Position numbers and translations under genes: made by a program
In this document: in pieces, positions 1-10,700 of the stretch
Numbering within the stretch: the first letter of the stretch is position 1
How the letters are laid out: every line of letters starts with the position of its first letter
DNA from: a virus
Taxonomy: Duplodnaviria; Caudoviricetes
Direction: 5' to 3' (one strand)
DNA: 64,000 nt
Virus record (IMG/VR): IMGVR_UViG_3300020037_004820
Notes under the pieces: generated by a model
What the model saw: the letters and a program-made list of their open reading frames with translations, nothing else
Databases searched by the model: none
What the model was told of the DNA's origin: nothing

Positions 1-30
1 AAAGAGGGATATATTATCCCTCTTTCTATT
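1..30 (+). terminator. Probable intrinsic terminator of the upstream transcript
   Basis: Perfect inverted repeat AAAGAGGGATA-TAT-TATCCCTCTTT (1-25) running into the T-rich TTTCTATT. Confidence 0.65.
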
Positions 31-33
31 ATT

Positions 34-750
34 ATGTATCTAAATGAGACTTATGAAGATAAAGATATATCTTTTAAAGTTTTACATTATTTTCTTTGTC
101 ATTTATATGATGTTCGGAAAAATAAACTTTTAGAATCCTATAGAAATGATAAAAATGAGATAAAAATTGCACTAAATGGTTTATCTAATAAAGAATTAGA
201 GTTCAATAGTAAATTAAATAATCAATTAGTTGACGAGTTCTGCGAGTTTATAAAACTTAAAGAAGATCATGTTAATATTCTTATAGAAAATATAGAAGAT
301 TTCCCTGAAAATGCTAATTCAATAAACATTTATGAAGCATTTTGTAATAAATTATTAGAAAAAAAGCGATTGGATGAAAAAGATTCTGAGATAATAGAAT
401 TAGATATAGAAGATGATCCTGTTGAAGAAAATATAGAAGATTCCAATATAGAATTATCAGAAGATTCTACAGTAAAACGTTTATTTACAAAGTATTTTGG
501 AGATAAACAATTATCTGAAAAAATTATTAAAGGATCACCTCCTGAATATGAATGGAATCAAACTTCATTAAGATTTAAAAATCCTGATGGAACTTGGGGA
601 AAATGGGTAGATCTAAAAGGATCTAGCGGTAAATCTGGGGGTGGTTCAAAGGGAATGAACCGTGAACAGGTAAATGAGCTTATACAAGATGCATTAGCTT
701 TAGAAGAATCTTCCACAGTTAGTAATGTTTTTCCGTTTTTTATGTCTTAA
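34..750 (+). CDS. Hypothetical acidic protein, possibly virion-associated
   Basis: 238-aa ORF. The C-terminal PEYEWNQTSLRFKNPDGTWGKWVDLKG segment resembles a motif seen in phage collagen-like/fibre proteins. Confidence 0.6.
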   Translation: MYLNETYEDKDISFKVLHYFLCHLYDVRKNKLLESYRNDKNEIKIALNGLSNKELEFNSKLNNQLVDEFCEFIKLKEDHVNILIENIEDFPENANSINIYEAFCNKLLEKKRLDEKDSEIIELDIEDDPVEENIEDSNIELSEDSTVKRLFTKYFGDKQLSEKIIKGSPPEYEWNQTSLRFKNPDGTWGKWVDLKGSSGKSGGGSKGMNREQVNELIQDALALEESSTVSNVFPFFMS

Positions 751-762
751 ATCATCTTATTA

Positions 763-770
763 CTATTTAG
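763..770 (+). promoter_or_regulatory. Putative phage late promoter (CTAWTTA motif)
   Basis: Intergenic CTATTTAG, 9 nt before the ATG at 780. The motif recurs at 7100, 19408, 36308, 47810 and 57544. Confidence 0.5.
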
Positions 771-779
771 GGATAGATT

Positions 780-1343
780 ATGTTCACACTAGATGCCTCT
801 AAAACTTTAAATGGAAAAGCAGATTCTGCTACTTCTATATCATATACAATAACAGGTCTGGAGTTGGCAGGAACTACAGAAGTATATAAAGTATTAGCTC
901 AGGGGCAACTAGCTTCCTCTGTTGGTTTATTATATACTGTCCCTGTATCAAAAACTGCTTTTATTAAACAAATTTTCTTAGCAAATACAACTTCTAATTC
1001 TATAGGAGGCATAAAACTATATATTGGAGGTACAGGTGCTGCCAACCAAATTATAAATCTTACTATACCGCCAAATGGTTCGGCTAAATTTGATTCAACA
1101 GGATGGCAAGTTTATGATTTTTTAGGAATAGAGGTTAGAGATAATACTCTAACCACTTTATATGAAGAAGCAAGTTCCACTATCGCCTATTTAGGTAAAG
1201 CATTACCAGGAGTATTGAGTAGTGAAGCATTGTGGAGAATATCTAAAATAGATACATCATCTGGCATCATAACAACTTTTGCAGATGGGAATTCAAACTT
1301 CGATAATATATGGGATAATAGAGCAGCTTTGAGTTATTCATAA
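780..1343 (+). CDS. Putative virion structural protein
   Basis: Beta-rich N-terminus (LYTVPVSKTAFIKQIFLAN) and a C-terminal YLGKA.PG...WRISKI...FADGNSNFDNIWDNRA motif common in phage virion proteins. Confidence 0.6.
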   Translation: MFTLDASKTLNGKADSATSISYTITGLELAGTTEVYKVLAQGQLASSVGLLYTVPVSKTAFIKQIFLANTTSNSIGGIKLYIGGTGAANQIINLTIPPNGSAKFDSTGWQVYDFLGIEVRDNTLTTLYEEASSTIAYLGKALPGVLSSEALWRISKIDTSSGIITTFADGNSNFDNIWDNRAALSYS

Positions 1344-1365
1344 TTTAGAAATAGGAAAATAAAAA

Positions 1366-3240
1366 ATGGCATTAATAACCGATCCAGATGATCTTGCAGA
1401 CAGCGCAGTCGATGACAGTTCGCAGGAAGTATATATAAATACCTCTACGAAAACAATTAAACTTGTAGTAGTGGGTAATTTATCTACAGATGGTGTTACT
1501 CTTAAATGTTTATATTCATTTCTTAAAGAGGAATGGAGAACAGACCCTAATTCAAAGAATTTAGCAGCATTTCCTTTTCCAATGGTTCCTATTACTAACG
1601 AATCTTTTGAATTCGTAGAAGGGTGGGATATTTTTGATAATACTGGTAGATATCTACTGAGAACCGCAGGATGGACCGTGCGTAATACATCTGGAAACGT
1701 TACACAAAAATGGGCAGGCATTATAGGACTAGGAACTATCGAGGCTGGCGACCAATTATATTATCAACAAGAAACTGGAGGGTCAGCAACGAACGTCCAA
1801 TTAACGGGACAAATTAATCAAGCGGTTCAGATTTTAAGAGATGATGATGGTGATGGTGTATATGCAGAAGGTTCTGATTATGATCGAACCTCTTATTTTT
1901 CTCTATTTTGTAGAGAAGTTTCACAACTTTATGGAAAATCAACACTTACAGATATCGGTGTTACCTCCATGGACTCTCAGGCATATCGTTTTCCTATTAC
2001 AACTGCGGCTGATTTAAAGATATCCGATGCAGATGCAATGGTGGCGCTGTCTGTAGCATTGTCCTCTGCAACATGGACAGGAGGAGTTGCTACATATAAT
2101 TTTGGAGCAATTCATACATTATCAGATGGAGATTATGTTGAAATAACAGGTGTTACGCCTGTTGGATATAATGTAAGAGGCTACATTACTTATGTGGATA
2201 CTGATACATTTACTATACCGATCACAGTAGACCCAGGAGCTTATACTTCTGGCGGATCTGTTAAATCGATTTATAATTTGATCAAGATTAGATATTTTGA
2301 TCAAGCGTTTTCTAAAGATATAGATTCAACCACTGAAAGAAATTTCGGTATTGTTGTGGATGTTGGGACACATTCTGGTGTAGATGGCTCGACTTCTGGA
2401 AACAATGTGTTTACTAGCTCAGAAGGAGGAATACCTACTTCTAACAATCCTTTCGCAAGCGGAACCTTAGTAATACATGAAGGAATACACTCAGGATCTT
2501 ATCCTATTATTGGAAATCCCACAGCTACAACTGTTACAATTTCAGGAACATTAAGTTCTCTACTTACTCAATCTTTTACCATTTATCCGCCTGTTGCAGT
2601 TCCTGCAACAGCAGAAGAAATATATACAGCAGTTCAATATAATCTCAGACAAAATTCAGATATAGACTCCACAGATCAATCTGTTACGGGAAAAGTAGCA
2701 GACCAGATTATGTATTTTGTTGGAGATACTTTAATATCAGGTAGAGCCGCAACTGGAGCACAACCGACGAATCCAAACGGAGGTGGTTCTGGTGTTATAA
2801 TTGAAGGATTTGATACAAACGATACAAATAGATTAACTTTTTATGATAATACCAATACAGCAAGAAATTTTCCTTTCGTAGCTACATTAACAATAAATTT
2901 TGGGGCAAATCTTATAGCAGATGCAAGTGCTAAATATTGGGTATTTTTCACCAGTGTTCCAGATGGAGATTATGGAACAGCCGATGCTATTGTTGTAGAT
3001 GATAATGATGGTGTAGATATGTCAGGTAACGTATCCGCAGCAAGCTCTATTACTTTAACTTTCGATTATGATAACAATGTACAAGGAAGTAGAACACCGG
3101 CAGAAAATGCCGCAGTTACAGTTGTTGGAATAGGATTAGAAACAGGACAATATGTTTCAGCAACTACTACAATTACAAGAAGTACATCTAATTCAGTTTC
3201 TCTTGTTGCTGCGCTCGAACGTAACTATCAAAATCCATAA
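1366..3240 (+). CDS. Virion structural/fibre-associated protein
   Basis: 624 aa, T/G/S/D-rich. Contains a small beta-barrel module (HTLSDGDYVEITGV...TDTFTI). The N-terminus resembles ORF 6658. Confidence 0.65.
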   Translation: MALITDPDDLADSAVDDSSQEVYINTSTKTIKLVVVGNLSTDGVTLKCLYSFLKEEWRTDPNSKNLAAFPFPMVPITNESFEFVEGWDIFDNTGRYLLRTAGWTVRNTSGNVTQKWAGIIGLGTIEAGDQLYYQQETGGSATNVQLTGQINQAVQILRDDDGDGVYAEGSDYDRTSYFSLFCREVSQLYGKSTLTDIGVTSMDSQAYRFPITTAADLKISDADAMVALSVALSSATWTGGVATYNFGAIHTLSDGDYVEITGVTPVGYNVRGYITYVDTDTFTIPITVDPGAYTSGGSVKSIYNLIKIRYFDQAFSKDIDSTTERNFGIVVDVGTHSGVDGSTSGNNVFTSSEGGIPTSNNPFASGTLVIHEGIHSGSYPIIGNPTATTVTISGTLSSLLTQSFTIYPPVAVPATAEEIYTAVQYNLRQNSDIDSTDQSVTGKVADQIMYFVGDTLISGRAATGAQPTNPNGGGSGVIIEGFDTNDTNRLTFYDNTNTARNFPFVATLTINFGANLIADASAKYWVFFTSVPDGDYGTADAIVVDDNDGVDMSGNVSAASSITLTFDYDNNVQGSRTPAENAAVTVVGIGLETGQYVSATTTITRSTSNSVSLVAALERNYQNP

Positions 3241-3259
3241 TCCATAAAAGGTATAAAAT

Positions 3260-3448
3260 ATGTATAAAATAACATCGACTACTGACAATAAAAACGTGGG
3301 TAAAATCTCTATGATTTTACCGAAAGTCGGAGATGTTATTATTTTGGAGAATGATTATAATTTTCGCATAGATTATATAACTATAAATAATGATTTATAT
3401 ATATTATCTAATGCAAATTATATAGTGCATTTAGTAAAGGAAAAATAA
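3260..3448 (+). CDS. Small hypothetical protein
   Basis: 62-aa ORF with an AAGGT RBS, exactly filling the gap between two structural genes. Confidence 0.55.
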   Translation: MYKITSTTDNKNVGKISMILPKVGDVIILENDYNFRIDYITINNDLYILSNANYIVHLVKEK

Positions 3449-6400
3449 GTGGCTACATTTACAATTACATCATCTGTTAATATTGATTCACTGATAGGTA
3501 AAACAGGTGGAGATACCTATAATCTTAATGGAGGATATCTTACTATTGATCAAGATAGTAGATATGGCTATAATCAAAATGTTTCTGCGTCCATAGGGCC
3601 ATTTACAGGATCGGCATCTCTTGGAGGAACTCTGAAAATTGATGGAACTGCTGTTAGATTAATACCCTATACTTCGGGATCTGGTACTGTGCCTACTGGT
3701 AGCACAACTATATCTATTGGAGGTGCTTCTGGATTATTAATTGGAGTTTATTCTGGCTCTGGATTAAATGTTGCTCCTACTACATCTGGCTCTGCTATGC
3801 CCGCAACTGGCTTTGTTAAAATAAAACAATGGAATGGTGTGGCATATGCTACAGGATCTCTTACTGGAATAACCGCAAGTGCTACAGATGTGGATAGAGC
3901 AGGGTGGATTGAAGTTGTAGGAGATCAATTTGCAGGAGTTATTCTGAACCGATTGAATAACTTTATTGTTACAGGAACTTATTACGAAATAGGAACAACT
4001 GATGGAAACAGAGCAACTACCTATCAAATACCTAGCAATGGACAATTACAATATCATGCTGGTGTAGAAGTTGAAACAATTGTCTCTGGAACTTATGAGT
4101 TTTATCCGTGTGCCGGAACTCGTACAGCATTGTTAGCAAATATTGCCACTGATGATGTTAGAGGAAAGGTGTGTTGGATTGGTACAGACGGTCTTTTACG
4201 TTTTGGACATGATGGAACAAACTCTACAGGAGGATATATAGTTCCATCTGGTCGCAAAATTAGAATAGCTAATGTATTTTTAGTTAATTGTACGACAGCC
4301 GCTCGCGCTGTAAACGTTTTACCCAATGCCACATTAGCTACTAGATTTGAATTAGCTACTACTGGTGGCGGGGTTATAACGGCAAATTGCGCCAGCATTT
4401 CTTGGTATTTTAATATGGCTCAACCATTTTCTGTTTCATTAAACAACGTAGGAATATGCACTTCTTTACTTCTTAGTGAATGTGCATCTGAGATAACTTG
4501 GGATAATGTGAATGTTGGACAAGAAGCTGCAAATACACAAATTGCTTTAACTATAAACACTTGTCTTGCGGGTGGAACTATTAGTGATTCTATTTTCACA
4601 AGAGCGGCACAAGCTACGGCTGTTCCTGTAGTTTCAATGTCTGATAATGATGGATTTACTTTTATAAATTGTCGATCAGTATCATTAACTAAAGCTGCAA
4701 ATGCTGGTGCTACATCCTTTTTACTTACCAGAACAAATAATACTACCTTTACAAATACTACGATAGGTGGTGGTAAAATATTTCTTACTACTTGTTCTGA
4801 TGTAACGTGTACAGATACAATTTATTATGATGATCCAGCATTAACAACATCTGTAGCAATTGCTATGTATGCTTTTGAAGTAGGAACAAATTGTCTTAGA
4901 TGTACATTTGATGGTTTAACTTTTGGTGGATTAAGAATGTGTCAACCCTTTTCAGGTTTACTAAGCATATTAGCAGCGGGTTGCAAGGAGATCAAATTAA
5001 GAAATCTGGGAACATATGCATCACCCTTAGATTTAGGTGATGTTGTACAAAATAATGTAGCGTGGACAAGAGTAACCACTACAGCTACAGTCACTAAAGT
5101 TGCTCATGGTTTAAAAACTAATGATGTTATCTATGTAACCCAAGCTTCTGTAGCTGCTACAACAATTACTTTAGTTGCTAAAACAATAACTAGATTGACA
5201 GATGATACTTTTACATTTGTTTGTTTAAACGCTGGTGCAGCATCGGGAACCTTAACTTATTTTCCTTCTGTTACGCAAACATTAGTAGTAATTGCCGCTG
5301 GAGCCACTGCTAATGATGTAAGAATACAGAGATGTTATTGTAATCATACAAGAACTTCTCTGTATTCTGCCGACAACTCTTCAAAAAACATCATATTTGA
5401 ATCTGTTCGTTCCGATTGGATTGATACTTTTCTAACTCCTCAATTAAATGGAACTCTCAAACAAGTTTCTGGGACTCCTGTTTTTACAGCACAAACTTCT
5501 TGTTACGGAACACATTTTATTGATGGATCAATAGGAGATTTTCCCCAAAATACTGCTGCTCAAGCATGGACTCGTGTAACAACAACCGCAACTGTTACTG
5601 CTAATGATCACAGATTAAGAACTGGTATGTTTGTAATTGTTACTGTTTCAAGTGATACCGGAGCAATTATTTTAGGTCAAAAAACAATAACAGTATTAAC
5701 TAATAATACTTTTACATTTACTTGTTTAAATGCTGGCGCAGCTTCTGGAACATTAACCTTTGTCCCTCTTATTGATCGTTTTACAATCATGATGAATGAG
5801 TCCACTGCGGATACATCTGACCAATATACCATTGACTCAGGGTCTGTTGGTTTTACATCTACTGGCGGTCTATACATGCCTGTTATAAATGACCAGATAA
5901 CTTTTGAAACACCTGATTATATACTTGGATATCTGAACTTTCCTATTGCAGAAGCGGTTATGGCGGGTGGAACGATAACTAACTATGACATAACGTATGC
6001 AATAAATACAGGTTCTGGATATGGAAGTTTTACTAAATTATCATATCCCAGAACAGGTGCTGGTGGATCTAATGGTAGCACAAACGTTACAATGACAGAT
6101 ACTACTGGAGTTGAGGCGGGAGATTACGTATTTGGAACAAATATAGCAGGAAATGCTACTGTAGTTTCTATAACTAATGGAACAACTATCGTAGTGAGTT
6201 CTGCAAATATTGGAGTAGTATCTGGTATATTAAGATTTAGTAGATTACCTCTTGAATCAAATATTCCGGCAACTGGTTTTAAAATAAAAGTAAGACTAAA
6301 AACAACCACTACAAATGCTACGGCTATAACAAGTTTGTTGTTTTATCTAACAAGCACTACAACGACTAGAGCTTATCAATATCCTCTAGATCAATACAAT

Positions 6401-6658
6401 TTAACCTTTACGGGATTGCAAAATCCATCAGAAATAAGAATATTTGATTCTGCAAATCCAACAACTGAAATTACGGGACAAGAAGATATTACAACAGGAA
6501 TCTACACTGGTCTTATAGATCCTGCTACATATCCAACAGTAATTGCGGCTATTTTATCTCTTGGATATCAGAATATTAGACTTACAGGAATTGATATGTC
6601 TGCTGGTGATGTAACGATTCCTGTTCAACAACAAATAGATAGGCAGTATAGTAACTAA
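3449..6658 (+). CDS. Tail fibre/tailspike-like protein with a beta-helix region
   Basis: 1069 aa, GTG start with an AAGG RBS, T/A/G/N-rich and beta-helix-like. Two internal copies of WTRVTTTATVT...H.L.T...KTIT.LT..TFTF.CLNAGAASGTLT. Confidence 0.65.
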   Translation: MATFTITSSVNIDSLIGKTGGDTYNLNGGYLTIDQDSRYGYNQNVSASIGPFTGSASLGGTLKIDGTAVRLIPYTSGSGTVPTGSTTISIGGASGLLIGVYSGSGLNVAPTTSGSAMPATGFVKIKQWNGVAYATGSLTGITASATDVDRAGWIEVVGDQFAGVILNRLNNFIVTGTYYEIGTTDGNRATTYQIPSNGQLQYHAGVEVETIVSGTYEFYPCAGTRTALLANIATDDVRGKVCWIGTDGLLRFGHDGTNSTGGYIVPSGRKIRIANVFLVNCTTAARAVNVLPNATLATRFELATTGGGVITANCASISWYFNMAQPFSVSLNNVGICTSLLLSECASEITWDNVNVGQEAANTQIALTINTCLAGGTISDSIFTRAAQATAVPVVSMSDNDGFTFINCRSVSLTKAANAGATSFLLTRTNNTTFTNTTIGGGKIFLTTCSDVTCTDTIYYDDPALTTSVAIAMYAFEVGTNCLRCTFDGLTFGGLRMCQPFSGLLSILAAGCKEIKLRNLGTYASPLDLGDVVQNNVAWTRVTTTATVTKVAHGLKTNDVIYVTQASVAATTITLVAKTITRLTDDTFTFVCLNAGAASGTLTYFPSVTQTLVVIAAGATANDVRIQRCYCNHTRTSLYSADNSSKNIIFESVRSDWIDTFLTPQLNGTLKQVSGTPVFTAQTSCYGTHFIDGSIGDFPQNTAAQAWTRVTTTATVTANDHRLRTGMFVIVTVSSDTGAIILGQKTITVLTNNTFTFTCLNAGAASGTLTFVPLIDRFTIMMNESTADTSDQYTIDSGSVGFTSTGGLYMPVINDQITFETPDYILGYLNFPIAEAVMAGGTITNYDITYAINTGSGYGSFTKLSYPRTGAGGSNGSTNVTMTDTTGVEAGDYVFGTNIAGNATVVSITNGTTIVVSSANIGVVSGILRFSRLPLESNIPATGFKIKVRLKTTTTNATAITSLLFYLTSTTTTRAYQYPLDQYNLTFTGLQNPSEIRIFDSANPTTEITGQEDITTGIYTGLIDPATYPTVIAAILSLGYQNIRLTGIDMSAGDVTIPVQQQIDRQYSN

Positions 6659-7092
6659 TGATATTTGATGGAACCAATAAAATAATCACTCTTGAGGCGT
6701 CAGATACTCAATCGGTTTCAGTTCTTGAAATATATTCAAGATGGAAAGATTGGGTAGCTTTAGGTAATGCACAATATCCTCAAGCCATGTCTAATGTAGG
6801 TGGAGACTCTATTACGAGTATTCTCTTTTTAGGTAGCACCTTTTTCATGGAAAATGATTGGAAAATTCGCCCAAGAGAGGCTCATCAAGAATTAGAAATT
6901 ATAGGTAATTTATATACACGAGACGAATCTAATCCAATTATACCAACTACTGGAGTTTATAGAGTTCTTGTTACAACTAAAGTATCTAATCTAATTGATA
7001 CAATTGCTACAGGAGGCTCTAGTTTAACTGCGGCCGATGTTTGGGCATATAATAAAGCTTTAACAGTTGGCAAATTCTTAGCTCTTAAATGA
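6658..7092 (+). CDS. Small virion structural protein, paralogous to the N-terminus of ORF 1366
   Basis: FDGTNKIITL...LEIYSRWKDW...FFMENDWKI parallels INTSTKTIKL...KCLYSFLKEEW...FEFVEGWDI. TAATG coupling to the upstream gene. Confidence 0.6.
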   Translation: MIFDGTNKIITLEASDTQSVSVLEIYSRWKDWVALGNAQYPQAMSNVGGDSITSILFLGSTFFMENDWKIRPREAHQELEIIGNLYTRDESNPIIPTTGVYRVLVTTKVSNLIDTIATGGSSLTAADVWAYNKALTVGKFLALK

Positions 7093-7099
7093 TGTTACT

Positions 7100-7107
7100 C
7101 TAATTAT
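7100..7107 (+). promoter_or_regulatory. Putative late promoter, possibly giving a leaderless transcript
   Basis: CTAATTAT, 3 nt, then the ATG at 7111. No Shine-Dalgarno sequence. Confidence 0.5.
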
Positions 7108-7110
7108 AAC

Positions 7111-7788
7111 ATGGCCAATTATAACATTCCAAACGCCAGTGCGATCGTGGTCAAAAAATGTTCACATCCTGATAACTGTTTAGAGAAATATTTCTCTAAT
7201 GGGTATTGTCGTATTCATTATAATAGAATAAGAAAAACCGGAGAAGTAGGAGATTTAAACAGAACTCGAAGAGAAAATAGAACAAAAGTGAATGAACCGT
7301 GTATGGTTGAAGGATGTATTAAACTTCAAAAAAAATATGGTTTTTGTACTATGCATCATAGTAGATTTTGGGAAAATGGAGATACAGGAAAAGCAGGAAC
7401 ATTAAAATTTATAGATACAGCCCCCGAGGGATATAAAACTTGTCAAAATAAAGATTGTGAAATTCCTATAAAAACAATTGAAGAATTTCACACTATGAAA
7501 GATAAACGAACAGATAAATATAGAAAAGTTTCTTATTGTAAAATTTGTACAAGGGAAGAAATCGCTAAACGAAATTATAAATTATCAAAAATTGAATTTC
7601 GAAAATTATTAAATAAAGGAAAATGTGAAATATGTTACAAACCAACTGATTTAGTAGTTGATCATTGCCATAAGACAGGCAAGGTTAGAGGATTATTATG
7701 TAATAATTGTAATCGCGCTATAGGTTTGCTTGGAGATAATGTCCATTCATTATTTAATGCTTGGTTATATGTAAAGGAGAATTCCTAA
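7111..7788 (+). mobile_element. Free-standing homing endonuclease, endonuclease VII/HNH-like
   Basis: C-terminal CEIC...LVVDHCHKTGKVRGLLCNNCNRAIGLL EndoVII signature and two N-terminal C...C...G[YF]C..H..R repeats. The first 13 codons duplicate the start of the next gene. Confidence 0.85.
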
Positions 7789-7790
7789 TA

Positions 7791-10700
7791 ATGGCGCAAA
7801 ATATCCCAATGGCCTCGGCCATAGTGGCCGGCCTTTTCTCGCAAGAAGATAAAATCAAATTAGATGCCTTGCCTGGAAGTATAACAGGTTCTGCACCCGA
7901 TCCATTATCTTCTTCTATTCAACGATCACATCAACTTTCCGCTTCATACTTTAGTATGAGTAGTGGATCTATTGATACTCTATCTGCAACAACCGTTACT
8001 ATTGCTAATCTTATTGTTCAAAATAGCAATATAACAGCATCTTCTGTTCCTGATCCGCTGAGCAGCTCTGTTCAACGTGCTCACAACTTATCAGCCTCTT
8101 ATTTTGAGTTCATATCTGGTAATGTTCGAACATTGACGGGAACTGGTCTGCAAACAACATGGTTCTCTGCAAGCTCAGGGACTGTTCACGTTGAAACAGC
8201 CTCATATCTGACTGGAACTGAGTTCAAGGCTCGAACAGGATCGTTCTCAATCGTGAACAGTCATATTATGACTGGAACAAACTTCACAGCAAGCTCAGGC
8301 TCTGTTCACGTCTTAACAGCCTCTTATCTGACTGGAAACACGATAACAATCCAAGATTTGGTTGTGATCAATTCAAACATAACAGCCTCATCAGTCCTGT
8401 TATCGGCCTCAACAGTCCGTGCTCACAACTTATCGGCCTCATATTTCGAGTTTATATCAGGTAATGTTCGGACGTTAACTGGAACAACAAGCGTTACCAG
8501 TCCAAGAGGTGTGTTCACGGATTTAGTAGTAATTAACACAAATATCACAGCTACAATTCCTGATCCATTGAGCAGTTCTGTTCAACGTTCTCATAATTTA
8601 TCAGCTTCTTATTTTCAATTTATATCTGGCAACGTTCGAACATTAACAGGGACGGGAATATCAGGATCAAGTGGTACTTATCACGTATTAACAGGCGCTT
8701 ATCTATCTGGTAACACTTTAACAGTACAGGATTTAGTAGTAATAAACTCTAATATAACTGCTTCATCTGCGCTATTATCCTCATCTATAGTTCGTGCACA
8801 TAATTTGTCCGCTTCTTATTTCGAGTTTATATCAGGTAATGTTCGGACATTAACTGGTACAACGAGTGTAACCAGCCCAAGAGGAGTGTTCACTGATCTT
8901 GTAGTAACAAATACAAATATAACGGCAACAATCCCTGACCCATTAAGCAGTTCTGTTCAACGTTCCCACAACTTATCTGCCTCTTATTATGAATTTATAT
9001 CAGGAAACGTTAGAACACTGACAGGAACGGGAATATCAGGAAGCTCAGGAACTTTTCATGTTGTTACAGCATCTTATTTATCTGCAACAAGTAAAATAGT
9101 TGCAGGTAATTTAGATACTTGGGGAGCTGTATCCTTTAATGCTCCTATACAAGTATATATAGGAGGAGGTTTCACTACAGACGGATATAATTCTACAATG
9201 GGTGGAGGAAGTTTATCCGATGTTAATGATTTATCCGCCAGCAATGTTAGTGCATTTAACTTATCAGCTTCTTATTTTGAGTTCATATCAGGTAATGTTA
9301 AAACATTAACAGGAACAACAAGCGTTACCAGTCCAAGAGGTGTATTTACAGATTTAGTAGTAATAAATACAAATATTACAGCTACTATTCCTGATCCACT
9401 AAGCAGCTCTGTTCAACGTAGTCACAATTTATCTGCTTCATATTTTGAATTTATATCAGGGAACGTTAGAACATTAACAGGAACTGGTCTTCAATCTACA
9501 TGGGTTTCTGCTAGCTCAGGAACATATCATGTATTGACAGGTGCTTATCTATCTGGTAACACTTTAACAGTACAGGATTTGGTAGTAATCAATTCTAATA
9601 TAACGGCATCATCCGCGCTACTTTCTGCATCTATTATTAGATCACATAATTTATCCGCATCTTATTTCCAGTTCATATCAGGAAACGTTCGAACATTAAC
9701 AGGAACAGGTATATCAGGAAGCTCAGGGACATACCATGTTTTAACAGGTGCTTATATTGTTTCTACACTTCTAACAGGCACTGGAATATCTGGGTCTAGC
9801 GGTACTTATCATGTACTAACAGGAGCATATCTTACATCTACAATTGCTCAGATCTTTAATATTTCTGCCTCGTTTGCAGGGATTATAACAGCTTCTATAA
9901 ATAATATGTCAGCATCTGCTGCGGTAAAAGCTTTTAACTTATCAGCGTCTTATTATGAGTTTATATCTGGCAACGTTCGAACATTGACAGGCACAGGAAT
10001 ATCAGGATCTAGTGGTACTTATCATGTATTAACAGGCGCATATGTCACAGGGACAAGTGGTACATATCATCAATTTTCTGCATCATATTTATCAGCTACA
10101 CGCTTAACAGTAACTGATTTAGTCGCTATAAATACTAATATAACCTCTACAATACCTGATCCACTAAGCAGTTCTATTCAAAGAAGTCATAATCTATCGG
10201 CCTCTTATTTCGAGTTTATATCTGGCAACGTCAGAACATTGACAGGAACTGGATTGCAAGCAACCTGGTTGTCCGCAAGTTCGGGTACTTATCATGTATT
10301 AACAAGTACATATATAAAATCCTCGCGTATAGAAAATGATAGTTTATTAATAACTGCTTCGAATTTAATATTAAATTCTAAAGGAAATATTACTTTACAA
10401 AATTCTCAAAATAATATTGCGCTTATAGCGGATAATGGTAAAATACAATTCGGAGCATGGGGAACAAATAACGCTATTGAAGTTGTAACAGAAGATGCAG
10501 ATATTCAAATATCTGCACCCGGAAGAGGTGTTCGTATAGTGGCAACAGCAACTATTATACCTCAATTGTTAACCGCTTCCACAGGTCAATTTAATAATTT
10601 ATCAGCATCTTATTATCAATTTATATCAGGCAATGTTAGAACATTGACAGGGACGGGAATATCAGGATCTAGTGGTACTTATCATGTATTAACAGGCGCT

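Noticed and set aside
3232-3247. 7-bp tandem duplication (AATCCAT x2) at the end of ORF 1366
   Set aside because: Probably a trivial slippage event, with no associated structure.
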